Shown here one piece after another: positions 25,901 through 40,300 of a stretch of 64,000 bases of DNA (position 1 is the first letter of the stretch; each line of letters starts with the position of its first letter). Source of the DNA: Paragordius varius (taxonomy: Eukaryota; Animalia; Nematomorpha); NCBI GenBank assembly GCA_964247055.1, contig OZ176056.1, positions 7,006,001-7,070,000 on the forward strand. Direction: 5' to 3'. Made by a program: the position numbers and the translations under genes. The notes beneath the pieces are model-generated. The model saw nothing but the letters and a program-made list of their open reading frames with translations, was not told the origin of the DNA and did no database searches.

Positions 25901-28900
25901 ATATTAAGTGAAAAAGTATGGTTTTTAAAAAATTTCGCTGTCAATTTTCACGCGATTTCAAAGATTGATAAAAAAATCCAATATACCACTAACCTGTAAT
26001 AGGGAATCAGGTCGGGATTCAAAGATAACTAACAGGACACCTATGGGAACCGTTATTTTAGTTAGCAACATAGTTTCACTAATTTGAGTTTGTTCTAGTA
26101 GGCGCTTTATAATTGTGTTTTCTTCACATTTCCCCTCATTTTCCTGATCCTCATTCGATTCTTGGGGCAAAAAATCCCAACCCTGGTCATCGGATTTAAC
26201 AAACCTATCACTTTCTTGAATATTTTTAGAGTTATCAGCGTTTTGTTTAGTTTCTACTTGATTATTTGAATTATTTTCGACAGATTTCTCTTCTTTTTTA
26301 TTTGTCGGTGATATTTGGAATGGTTCACAAGCCAGTAATGATCTTTGAGCAATACTTTCGATTCCGGTTGCCAGGGTTTCCAGTTTTTTCTCCGTTAATT
26401 CGAGTCGATTGATTAAATGTTTGTCTAAGCCTATCCATACAGAGTTAGTTAAAGGAAAAAATGGATTGAAACATGGTCAATAAAATGTAATTAATGGTAT
26501 GGTTTATTAGTTTTAATTTAATTATTTATTACCATTATTTTGCCATGAATATAAAGCCAAAACTATTTTTGCACATGATAGATTAGAATACATCAAGTTA
26601 GTTAACCTTAGACGAGACCAATTTATATATTAGATTTGAATACATTTTGATGACCTTTTATATATGAGTTAAACTATTGTATCAATTTTGTATTTAACCT
26701 GCACACGTTATTTTACCTTGGCTTAACATGTAAATATTGTATTCACAAAAAGTATATAAACATCGCAAACTGTATGTAGTTTAGTAATTACATTTTATCT
26801 CAATAAATCTTATTGTTTTACGGTTTCTTGATTTACTACATTTGGCGCGGTCAAATTTTTTTTACCTCATTACATTCGCGCATGGAGAAATTAAGTCTGG
26901 AAGCCTATGATCCCGCAACTAGCTTTGATGAATATATCGATTGTATAAAGAGAATGTTAAAAGTGAAATTAATTCCAGAAGATAACGAAACAAAAAAAAA
27001 CTTACTATTGGCCTACATTGGTCTATCCCATATTCCAAAGTTGAAGAAATTCTTTTATCCCGTACTGTTAGAGGAAGTGGGCTGGGATGCTTTGGTAGCA
27101 GCTGGGAAAAAAATTGCTCCGACATACCATGTGTTTGCAGCCAGGTTCCAGTTTACGCAACTCCGAAGGGAAGCCACGGAATCAGTGATGGATTTTTTGA
27201 TTCGAGTAAAGGAATGTGCTACCCGGTGCAACTTTGGGCAAGATGCAATGCTAAGAATCAGAGATGGGTTTGTTGGATGGTTATAACTAAAAAGATTGGT
27301 AGATCTGTTCACAAAATTTCCAGATGCAAAGGTTGATGGGAAACCGGTTACGTTGGGATGGTGGTAGAAATGGAAATGGCGTACGAAAAGGCGGACAGCT
27401 GTTTGATTGATCAGGGTCCCGACAATAGACGATGATAAGAAAAAAATGTGGAAAATATGGATACGTGCATGCGATCAACTGGTGTCCCGCTTCAAACAAG
27501 GAGTGTTACCGATGCAAAGGACGTGGTCATTTTGGCAGGTGTTTCCGGCGGGTTAATATACTGAATGGTAACAATAATAATAATGAAGCCCGAACACAAG
27601 CAAGTCTGAATGGCCATTGGGTGAGGATGTTGTACGATACCGGAGCTCAAATATCATTGATTGGGAAGAGCACGTGGATGGAGATTGGGAGGCCAACCTT
27701 AGCTCCCGCGGGTCCAATAGTTGGGTTCAACCAGCAAGGTGTAGAGGTGATGGGACAATGTGTGGTAGATGTGAAATGGAATGGTATGGTCAAACAGTTG
27801 GAATGTATGGTTACTAGGGATGATTGGGGTAACATTTTTGGGTTACCATGGATGAAAAGTTTTGAATGCAGATTTCCAGAGCCTGTATGTGTAAAAAAAA
27901 TTGAATAAATTTAAGGATTTGTTTTGTGAGGGTGTGGGGTGTTACACGGGACCACTCATCAAGTTGTTTCTCAAAAAAGGGAGTATCCCCAAAAGATTTG
28001 CGGCCAGGAGGGTACCTATTCCGCTTCAGTCTAAGAGAGTGAATTAAAGAGGCTTGAAAGTCTGGGTATTATAGAGTCCATAAACCCCTAGCAAACACGA
28101 ATTGACTGGGTAACTCCATTAGTGATAGTTAAAAAGAATGATAACGATATTCGCATATGTGGTGATTTTAGAGTTACTTTAAACCCAAGTCTGGTTCCTG
28201 GAGATCATCTGATTCCAACGTTTGATCGGTTAATGTTTAAAATCGGGCACGGAAAAGTTTTTACGACCTTAGATCTAAAAGAAGCTTACTGGCAAATGCC
28301 GATACACCAAGATTATCAACATTTACTCACGTTTAGTTCACATATAGGCCTTTTTCGATTTAAGAGACTGCCATTTGGAATATCTAGTGCACCCACGATA
28401 TTTCAACAAATTATGGATGAGTTATTAAAAGATTGTCCAGGTACAGCGGTTTACTTAGATGATGTAATTGTTAGTGGAACAACGGTAATGAAGCATAAGG
28501 ATAATTTAGAAAAAGTGTTGAACAAATTAGCTGCTGTGGGTTTGAAATTAAAAAAGGATAAAATCCAATTAGCTCGTTCCTCAGTGTCATACTTAGGATA
28601 TATAATTTCAGACAAAGGAATTAAACCTGATAACGAAAAAGTAAAAGCAATTTTAAATTGTCCTACACCTACCAATAAAACATCACTTCGGTCTTTTTTG
28701 GGAATGTTAAATTTTCACGCTCGTTTTATTCCATCTTTGCATGCTACAATCGCGGACTTACATGCGCTTACAGGTTCTAAGAAATGGTGTTGGTCGACAA
28801 AAGAAGATAGGGTTTTTGATAAAGCTAAACTGTTGGTGAGTAATGCATTATGTCCAATACCGTTTAACCCGAACCTTCCGTTAGTGTTGGAAACAGATGC

Positions 28901-31900
28901 ATCGAATGACGGATTCGGAGCAGTTTTATCACATATGACAAGTGAGGGAAAACGGCCGATAGCTTTTGCGTCTCGAAAATGTGCGAAGGCAGAACAACAT
29001 TTCTGTAATTGAAAAAGAAGCCAGGGCAATTTTATATGCGCTAGAAAAATTTAAAATGTTTGTGTATGGCAGAAAGTTCGCATTATTAACCGATCATAAA
29101 CCCCTAGTCAAGTTGTTTGGTTTTAAGAGAGATCTAAGTAATATTAACAAGAGTAGATTAGTAAGATGGATACTCAGAACAGCCGATTATAATTTTACTA
29201 TACAATATATTAATGGTTCGGAAAATTTAGCGGATTGGTTATCTCGTCTACCGTATGAAGAACCGACTGAGGAAGTTGAGGAGCAACCCAGGCAAATCAA
29301 CTTTCTAACAACTGACAACTTAAGCGTACAGCGAATGAAAGAAAATACTTTACGGGATGAGTTTTTGATGGCATTAAAATCGGCTCTGCATCATAATGAT
29401 TGGTCAGCTCCAATTCTAAATTCGGTATTGAGTATAAGAAACGAAATACAAGAATCATATGGTTTGTTGTATTGGGGCGATCGTCTGTTTATACCCAGGG
29501 CGTTGCGAAATGAAACGTTAAAATTTTTGCATGTGGGACATTCGGGGGCTAATGTAATGAAAGAGTCTGCCAAGGCTAGGGTTTATTGGCCATGTATAAA
29601 CCAAGATATTGAAAGTTATGTGAGATCTTGTTTGGGGTGTCAGTTAAACCGGAGTAACATAAAAAGTAATCCAACATACAAATGTTTAATACGAATATCT
29701 GGGAAATAATACATCTTGATATTGCCGGTCCTATAGATGGGTTGTATTGGTTAGTAGCTATCGATAGTAGCTCCAGATGGGTTGAAGTCGAATTGCTAAG
29801 AACTGTTAATTCTGCAAACATACTACATTGGTTGGAAATTTGGTGTGTAAGGTACGGGTTTCCCCGAATGATCTTACCGATAATGCAGCATATTTTGCAT
29901 CGAAAGATTTTAAAGAGACCTTGCAACGAGCAAACATCAAACACGTCACTAGCGCCCCCTATCATCCACGAACAAATAGGCTGGTGGAACGGGTCATTTA
30001 CACCTTAAAAGCACACTATAAATCGTTAACGGATTCTAAGCTGACTCCTGACAAAAAAATAAACCAAGTGTTATGGGGTTATCGCTCCGCCGTACATAGC
30101 GCCACAAAAGAGTGCCCGTATAATTTATTTCTGAAAAGACAGATTAATACCCCCTTCTCTTGGGTTAGGGAAACACCTGCACAACAATTAGAGGACGACA
30201 TAATTCCTAATCAAGTTTTTAGACCGGACGAAGAAGTGTACATAAAGAATGAAATCAATTCAGGGTGGAGAAAAGGTTCAATTTTGGAGAGGACAGGGGT
30301 ACTCTCGTACACGGTTAAAGATGGAAATCGAACACTTCGCAAGCATGCGGATCAATTACGGCCGACCGGAGTCGAGAACGGCGTGGAGGAGGAGGATAAT
30401 GTAACGATAAACCAAACAGATGAAGAGATGACAACCAATAATCGGGAGGTGGGGAAGGAACCAAGCAAAGAAAAAGAAAACGAGAAAGACACCCAGGTTG
30501 AAATAAGAACGGAAAAGACAACTGAGAAAGAACCCGAAAGGGTTTATCCTCTTAGGGAAAGAAACGCACCAGATCGGCTCGGATTTGGATAAGGAGATAT
30601 GATAGATTAGAATACATCAAGTTAGTTAACCTTAGACGAGACCAATTTATATATTAGATTTGAATACATTTTGATGACCTTTTATATATGAGTTAAACTA
30701 TTGTATCAATTTTGTATTTAACCTGCACGCGTTATTTTACCTTGGCTTAACATGTAAATATTGTATTCACAAAAAGTATATAAACATCGCAAACTGTATG
30801 TAGTTAAGTAATTACATTTTATCTCAATAAATCTTATTGTTTTACGCTTTCTTGATTTACTACAACACATATTTTCAAAAATTTCTTAATAAAATTTCTA
30901 TTATTGTAACGTGTCTATATGTAGCCACCGTATTAAAAAAACTAAAAATTATTTTCAAGCCTAAATTTTTGTGCCAATTGATAATAACCGATAACCGCTT
31001 GAAAAAATAGTTTCACATTGTAGTTATAAGTTGTTAAATAAAATATAACATTTCCGTAAATAACATTTAGCCCATAAAATCTATATAAAATTTGTACTAA
31101 TACCGTATAAAATTATATTCGGGCTATGCTGTAATTATATCAATTGAAATAGAAAAATCTAATTAGGTTACGCAATGTAATTAAACCTGTAAATTATAAA
31201 AATATAATTTATCGATTGCCCCTAGAATATTTATGTACCGTGTCTTACACATATAAATAATAACTATATTTTGCAGTTATATATAACTAACATTTTATTG
31301 GTTGCGCTTTTCGAAAATTATTTAAAATATGGTCAAAATATCCTTGAGCTACTTATTCAAACAATTTATAATTTAAACAGTGGTATTGCAAAAAAAGTTC
31401 AACATTTAATTACAAAAAATTATACCCAATTTTTTGGCTTGGAGTAAATCTTGCTTATTGACCGCAAGGATTTCATGAGTATTGACAATTATGGCTTTTG
31501 AAAGTTCTTGTAATATTAAGCCCCTTTGTTCATGCGTTAATTTTTGTAGCTTTTGGCTCCCTATCCTAGCTATGTCAGAAAAAATGATTATATATATTAA
31601 GTTAAAAATTTAGTTTTTATTTGAAATAAAAACGCATATTTTGCAAAATTCACACAAAATATATGTAAAATCATATATAAATATAAAAGCAAAAAACTTG
31701 AATCTAATATAATTTTAATTGTTGGTTAGTTTACTTAATATCAATATTGGCAATGTATATAATCAGTTTTTTATTACAAATTTAATGATTAAAAAGAGGG
31801 GATAGGTACTTAAATTTACATAATTGTTAATCCCTATCATTTTATAAATAAAAAATAAAAATCAACTTAAATGTCAAATACAGTATGAATAAGTATTGCT

Positions 31901-34260
31901 AGAAAGTTATTAATTATTGCCGAATAGCATATGCAGCAAAGAGAATTATTATTGGCTAATAATAGCAAAAATTGAAAAAAATATATATAAGCCAATAATA
32001 CCGCCCTTTGTAGTAAATGCTATTTGGCAATAAATAATAACTTTCTAGCAATATATACTTACTTATACTGCATTTGATTTAAACCAAATTTTAAAAATTG
32101 GTAGGAAAACAGCGATACTATTTAGAAAAAAGGGGCAGAAATACCAAGTTTAGCCATTGTAATAACAGAGTCGCTAGTTTCAGATCTGCTAACATTCTGT
32201 TTCAAATTTTCATGGTTTATTTCCTCTGCAAGAGTTTTCAAAGCTTCATTTTCTAATTTTTCATTATTACTAATATCATTAATTTCACAATCGTTTTCTT
32301 TTGTTGAATATTGGTGGGAGTTGAGTTCTCGAACAAAAAATGTACCAATAGCTTTGCCCTGTAATAAATCTCTCAAACTGCCTTTTTGCATCCCATTACA
32401 TATGACGACGGAACAGCCATTATCAAGGGCAAAGGTTGCAGCTTTAATCTATCCATCCATCCATACAACATATACATGTGAACATACATAAAATTTAGGG
32501 AACAAAAAATTAATTGTGGATCATAAAAACAATTACAGTAGTTCCCCCAACTAAAAGAGCTTTCTTGATGAAAAAAACAGGGCCTATAATAAAATTAGCT
32601 CATACTTTTTATCATATTTTCTGATTTTTAGCCTACCGTTCAAAGTTAAGCATACCTTACCCACAAACTTAAAGTGTACAACCTTTATACTGAGTACCCA
32701 CATAATGAGATATTTTAATGGGAAATGAGCTATTAAATTAATCACTCAGGCCATAAATTTAAACTTATAGTTCAAAGATATCTTTTCACTTTACTACAGT
32801 ACAGTATACCCCCCCCCCCACACACAATGGCAACTTTCATAAGGAACGTTTTGAATTGGAAAAACAGGAATACTAATCATACTCTCAAATGAGTTTGTGA
32901 ATGGAAAAACAAGACATCCTTTTTATGAAGAAATTTACAGTTGTACTTGAGAGAAAATATTAATTGCTGTGCCATAATTTTATAGCTCCCGTCATAATTT
33001 TCTTGTTAAAGGAAAAAAGAGCGCCTGGTATTACAATATAACAGTTAAATATGACTCTTCCTGTTTCTGGATAGTTTTACGTAGTAATATAGTTTTTTTA
33101 TTTTTCTTCCCCATAATAAATAATTAAAACTTAGTATAAATATAGAAAAATCTTATAGTATACTATAATGCAAAAGATGTTTTATTTTATTAACGATCAT
33201 TAATTACACAAGGGCCTAGATATTTTTCCCATAATAGGGCCTCTCATAAGGGAGATCCCTTACAAATTTAATACGCGGTTAAAGTATGCTTTAGAGTGTA
33301 TGGTATACAATAAAATTATTGGATTTTTTAAGCAATAAATATATTTGGTTTAAGAAGGATTAAATAAATTTACACAGTATTAATGTCACCTATGTTATAA
33401 TTACAATATTGTAAAAACATTAATACCCCATCTTATAATGAAAATATATAGATTTAAAATTAAAATTATGGCTTTTTGTACGTTTAAAACAGATTGATTT
33501 GATCTAACATCAATTAGCACACATATATTTTCAGCCATAAATATGTCACATAATGTAAATATAGCGGTCATTTTCTGACATATCCATATATGGAATAATT
33601 CAATAATTTTAAAACGAATATGATAAATGTTAATCTATAAAAAAACTTTAGATAAAAATAATTTATATTATATATATATGACTGAAAGATCTTTTGAAAA
33701 TGCAAATGTGTATTATACCTTAGATTCCATACCACCTGTTCCTACGCGAGATTTCTGTCCGAGTTTAATTAGGCGTTCATGTACGCTGGGACAAAAAATA
33801 TTCATAAGTTTTGGCATATGGCTGGAATTATTTGTGCCTTCAAACTTAGTTGTAGAATAATTTAGCTCCTCCGTTTGTTCTAAAATATAAATTGTAAATA
33901 TATATATATATATATATAAATTATATACTTCACATATTTTTTCAGCCATGCTCTTTAAAAATCGTAAAAATTATTACTGACCTAACAATTGCAAATAATT
34001 TATACTTTCAACATTTTACATTTCTTTATTCCTAATTTGAACACAAAACCATGTGATATATTTAAATCAACGTTTATAAAATATATTTGTATTTTAGTTT
34101 TTAGTTATGGCGTTTATAATTTCAGTTTACTGTATATGAAAAAATAAAGCTATTAATTAATATGGGGTTGCATTTTGGTTAAAAATATGGTAAACCAGAA
34201 CAAAAAACGAATTTACTGGTTTATTCCCATACAATTAAATAAAGGAAGTTTATCATGAGA

Positions 34261-34307
<47 letters not shown>

Positions 34308-37300
34308 TTTGTTTAAAATTAACATGCAGGAGAAAGATAAAGTAAGCGATAATATTTGCTGCCCATAATTTATAAATTGGGCGAAAACCCTAATTTATTT
34401 TTAGGGTGAATTTGAAATGCTAAAAGGTAGTTTGGAAGTGTTAAAGTCAAGGGTGCATATGAGGTACAATATATATTGAACTATTGAGTCGTATAATATT
34501 TTAGGGGACCACTTGTTTTGAGATTATAAAACATTTATACTTTCCTATTATTATTTAGTTATATTTTATCAAAAAAAAATTGTGGAATCAGAACAAACTC
34601 AGTTCTATATTTACATATATGAAGATTTACCATACATATATATATACATATATATATATATATACATTTTAGTCTTTAAATTTGTCATTTTAACAATTAT
34701 TGCTTAATATAAACAAATCTAACCAAATTACTTACTTTCAACCGTATTTTTAGTGGGTGGAATACTGTATATACCATCCACGTCGGAGATATTAAGAGAA
34801 TTCGATACAAAGAAAAAATTAAAAAGTAATCTAAAATCTTTTTCTATTTTAAAAGTTAAGGCATAATTGTTTCAATTTTTGCTCAATCATATTTTCAATA
34901 AACGAAATTACTTTCAACCGTATTTTCAGTGGGTGGAACACTGTATATACCATCAACATCAGACATTATGACTAAGAGGTCAGCCCCTACATCAACGGCC
35001 AAATGTGTAGCTACTATATCATTGTCTTTAACGCTAATTACCTAATAAAAATAATATTAATTATACAGGAATTTGTGGAGTAAACCCGTTTTTTATTAAC
35101 CAATATAAAATAGTCATTGATTGAAAGGCTTTATAAATCTTTAATTAATTTTAATGTATATAGTATGGGAAGCCTATACTTTTTTTGAAAAAAATGTGTT
35201 TTAAAGCCAAAAATATAAAAATAACACTGATTATAACCGGATTTTAATTCGCGAATCACTTTTATCACATATCAGATTTTGATAATTTTATTTAGGAAAG
35301 AAGAATTGTTGCTAAATGTATTATGAAAAATATTAATAAAAGAATATTTTTGTTTTTTTAAACAATTACAAAAATAACCGTCTTAAGGAAACCAAAACTA
35401 TGATATGGTTTATCCTTTGAAAATCATGCTTTAATAAAATTTAATATTAAGACATAATGTTAAACTCAAAATAGTAAATGCTGCATAAAAAAATACATTG
35501 AAAGGAATTCAGGAAAACAATTTTTTTACCGCACAAACACAATAATGTATAATATCCGGTACTTAAATAAATTTTTAACTAAAATTTGAAATTCGTTTTC
35601 AACTTATGAAGTTTAATTTTTTAAAAATACTTAGCATATACAGTAAAAATTGAAATTATACGAAAACGTAAGAAAGATAAATATTTTTTACCAAAAGACA
35701 ACCATACATTTTTAAACCTTAACTTTTATCCCATAAGCTATTTAATTACAATTGTAGTAAAATATAAAATTGATTGTGTTAGTAATATATACATCTCTAT
35801 TTCACTCGTTGCAATATTAAATAATAAGTTATAAACAAAAAAATCAAGATTTAAAACGTATGGGGTTGTCTTTTAGAAAAAAAAGATTTGTCTTTATATT
35901 TTTACGTTTGGTCCATATAATTTCAATTTTTACTGAATTTACGAATCCTATATTCATAAAAATAAAATTATTAATTTAATATTTACCCCACTAAGGTCTG
36001 AATCGAGTTTGGGGGGAGGGGCAATCACATCATTAGCATTAACTATGGGACAAATTTTGAGTTGCAATAATTCATGTATGGTGGATCGTAAATTGGCTCG
36101 ACAATGTTTATCATTGAAATCGGGTTGCGTTAGCAAAACCTGATTGAATTAAGGTTAATTAAAATCGTTTTATTTTATAGAAAAATTAGGATTTGGTTAC
36201 CAATTTGGTGGAAATTTTAGACAAAAAAAACAAGTTTGTTTGACAATTGGTAATGAATTATACAACAGTATGAATAAGTATATTTTGCTAGAAAGTTATT
36301 ATTTTTTGCCAAATAGCCTATACAACAAAAGGCATCATTATTGGCTTATAGTTATTTATTTGACTTTTTACTATTATAGGCGAAAAATAATTCTCTTTGC
36401 TGCATATGCTACTTAGCAATAATGAAATAACTTTCTAGCAATATATATACTTACTCATACTGTAATTAGTTTTTGTTATAATACTAAAAAATATTTTTTT
36501 TAATTGTTTTCATAATAAACCCGTAATTAAAAGGTCAACAAATTAAGTATTATTCGGATAATGCAATGCTACAAAATAAGAGCACAAAAACATCTAAATG
36601 AATAAATAACCCAATTGAACAAAAAATTTGCTAAGAACCATATTATTTCCGAAATATAAATTAGGCCTAATCCTAAAATAGTTTATTTAATAAAAACCGT
36701 TCAAAAAATTAAAATGTCGCTGTGTAAAAAAAAGCGTTAAGCTAAAACTTGAGCAATTTTTATGCCATATTGGGCAAACATGGCATCGTACAAAGCCATA
36801 AGACCACTCTGACCAAGCGCTGCAAAAGCTCGGGAATCTATATCATTGAAAATTGTATTTGCAGCATTCAGTAAATTACCATTCATGCTTACCATTTCAT
36901 GCGTGTTATGGTTTTTATGGGTTTCATCTATAATGTGTAGAAAAAATAATTATAAATCATTTTTGGTTTAGGCTTTTTTTTTCTATACAAAAAATTTTTT
37001 TTGTATCCCTCTCGATAATCGAAATATAATTGACAAAATATTTGGATTTAATATAGTGGGTGCCTCCTGTAATGACTTTCGGCTTTTTTATAATAAGCCG
37101 TGCAAATAATTTAATTGAATTATGCGGTTCCTCATATATTTTAGTTAAAAAGAAATAGTTTAAAAATAAATAACCTTCCAACAAACTTACTATTTACTGA
37201 TATTTTAAAGCACCTACAATGAGCCGAAAATGCAAGATAATAGAATTTTTATTAGAAAACTGTATATTAATTAAAATTTTATTTAAATTCAATGTTTTTT

Positions 37301-40300
37301 CTTAAAAAACCATTAAAAATCGGGCATATAGCCATGTGTCATTCCACAATTGTGGGCCAATATAAAGGAGTTTCTAAATACTTAAATTTTTGATTTTAAG
37401 ATTACACCAAAATAAGAATTAGAACAAAGAGTTAACTAATTTTTCAAACCTTGCGTATAACCATTCTGTTGGCAAACTTTATCTTTCCCATTAGTCTTAT
37501 TTGCAGAGGCGGTGATGATATATTCATGATGACTTTGATAAAGGTTAGATAAGTTTTTGAATGCATTGATTTCTTGTTTTAGTTTTTGTTTTCCAAATGC
37601 GACAGCTCCACTCGTAACTATTAGGACTTGACGCCCTTCTTTATACATTTCAGCGACCTAAATAAACCGAAATGGAATTTATATGGAAAACTAAATTTTT
37701 AAAAAACTCGCATCAACTTATTTTCATTGATGTAAAAATACTTTTTTATATTAATATATTTACACTTGATGAAAAAAATGTAACATTTTAGATTTATATG
37801 GATATTAGTATCATTATTCAAATACACAATACAATCTATTTAGTTATAACTATGCTTTTTGCAAATTATTGCACAAAAAGGTATCTATTAATTTATAGTT
37901 ATTTCATTAGAAAAATTAAACCAAAGGCGCTCACAACACAAGTATCTTCAATGGCCGCATTTCCGATTTAAAAAAATATATCTATGGATATTAACATATA
38001 TTTTATTAAATTTTTCAAACTTTGAAACTCGAAAAAATTTATAAATATAAATATAATAATAATTATTAATTTCACCATGTTAGCTAGTTTAGCCCCCATA
38101 TAACATAGCATTCAGATTTAAATTGTTTTCAAATATATCAAGGTTAAAAATTTGTAAGTAGCATAAAGGAGGGCTTAAAAAAGCTGCATGAAATTTTTCA
38201 AATCCACTCTTTATTAAAAACACAAAGTTTATATACTGATGTCAATTAATCAATAATTCTAAACTTTTACTTCGCAAACATTAATTTCTAAGCAAATAAT
38301 ACATGAGCTTAAAGGCTAAATGTTTTTAAAAGTGGGGCGAATAGAAATACCACATCATCCAAAAATGAGATTATAATGCTAAATATTGCTTTACATTTTC
38401 ATTTATTTGACCGAGTTTACCCTTTAAGGTAGTTTTACATGCCAGAGGTCAATTTCATAAATACACTACAGTTTTAAAAGTTATGTTAGTAGAAATTTAA
38501 TTATCAAACCGTGTTCTCATATATTAGATAAAAAGCTTATATTTTTTACAGTTTCGTGACTTCTAGAGCCTAAAATTGGAACAGTTCCAAAAGACGGTTG
38601 AATCTGAGCAGCTGATATTAAAATTAAAACATATCAAGTTTTTGGTAAAGTGTATCTAGACAGCTTGTTAAAGTTAATTATTTACAATTTTAACCATATT
38701 CATTTAAATGTCTGTTGTATTAGCGATTTTTAAAAAATATAAAAAAAATATGGCGGCAAAAAGTTAGACATGAGGTTAATTAAAAAAAAAATTGTACAAT
38801 GTTCCTAAAAGACTAAAGAAAGCGTATTTAAAAATTCGGCCTAATACCTTAAATACATTTTAAAATAATCAAATTTCAAATGGCTCTGGGATATAAACCT
38901 ACCCCAAAATGTAGTGAACTGTTAGAATAATAACAAAGAAGGCAAATAATTAAAGTTATTCTATAATTTATACCAAGTTATCTTATCTGTATTCCTAATA
39001 AATTGATCAAAATATTTATATGAAAATTAGTTCTCCCAAATGCGCCTAATAAAAAGTATTATGGGGTAATTTATTACATTTTTCGGTGTTATAGAGAAAT
39101 TAAGCCTAAAAAAATTTATATCAGCCACTCTTCTTTTCAGATTAATTTTTATAAATAAAATTTTAATCTAACAACTATATGATAAACACAAATATAATAT
39201 ATATATATTTATATAAACAGGGCTTGCCTTAATTAGTGCTTCCCATATGATTTTTATTATACGGTAGTAAAAATTGAAATTATACTGACAAAAAATATAA
39301 AACAAATATTTTTTCAAAAAGATCTTGATTTTTTTTAAATATAACTCTCATTGTTTTAATCTTCAAAGTATAATATAGAAATGTAAATTTGTAATACAAT
39401 CAATTATATTTACAATATTATTTAATAGTTTATATGAATAAATTAAGGTTTAAAAACGTATGGTTGTCTTTTGAAAAAAATTGTCTTTAAATTTTGTTTA
39501 GTCCGGATAATATCAATCATTACTATAAAATTTTTTATTCTATTATATAAATTGATTGTACCACTATATATTACACACTTAAAACTTCAAACTAAGCGCT
39601 TTAATTATATTAGCTATACTCTCTGAATTTTGGATTTGGCTGTTCTAAAAAATAGTCATGATACATTACAATGGATGGGATAAAATATTTTGTAAGAAAA
39701 TCATTTAATCAAAAGTTAGGAACCGAAAATGGAACCGGTTCTCATTGTAAAGAACCGGTTCCGGAACCGGTAAATTTATAAGGAACCAACGCGGTTCCGG
39801 TTCCACTTTTTTTAAACCGGTTCCAAGCCCTGATATATAACCTATTTCCGTAATAAAATGCATTTGTGAGTCAATAAAACCGCTTCTAGATTCCAAAAAA
39901 ATTTGATAATAATTCTTCAGACACCTTTACAATTTTTAAAATCCTATTTTATTTATAAATTATTGAAAATTACATTAAATTATAAGGTTTTAAATACCAA
40001 AAAAATATATGTAAATAAGCCATAACATTCGTCGAAATTTTAATGGCAAAAATTGAAAACCACTTAATATAGCTTAGATTTTAATGTTAGATAAGAACGA
40101 TAACAAGTTCCGCATTTTAAAACATACAATATATTATTATTAACACAAAAATTGGCAATAATTATTATCTACAAATACCGTGTTTTATTAATCCTTTATC
40201 GATCCTTAAAAATATAAACGACCAAAATACTTAATATGCATATTTGCTAAATGTCAAAAAAACTGAAAAATATTGACAGCATAAAGTTAAAAAACGTCAA

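Larger units (their letters stand above)
26576..30864 (+). mobile_element. Full-length Ty3/Gypsy LTR retrotransposon, Mag-like, multiply frameshifted; antisense in P5CS intron 8
   Basis: TG...CA LTRs of 265 bp; flanks gcaca/acaca (5-bp TSD with one mismatch). gag starts at ATG 26882 and has paired CCHC knuckles (H..NWCPA....[13 protein letters not shown]). Then protease [20 protein letters not shown]...[20 protein letters not shown], RNase [15 protein letters not shown], and integrase H..H...C..C with LDIAGP and TDN. The order PR-RT-RH-IN is that of Gypsy. Confidence 0.95.

Noticed and set aside
27055-30521. Minus-strand ORFs overlapping the Gypsy element
   Set aside because: Antisense shadows of gag-pol codon structure.
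34264-34306. (TA)n microsatellites here and at ~22670, 22915, 24335, 33900, 59675, 61762
   Set aside because: Ordinary simple repeats in an AT-rich genome.
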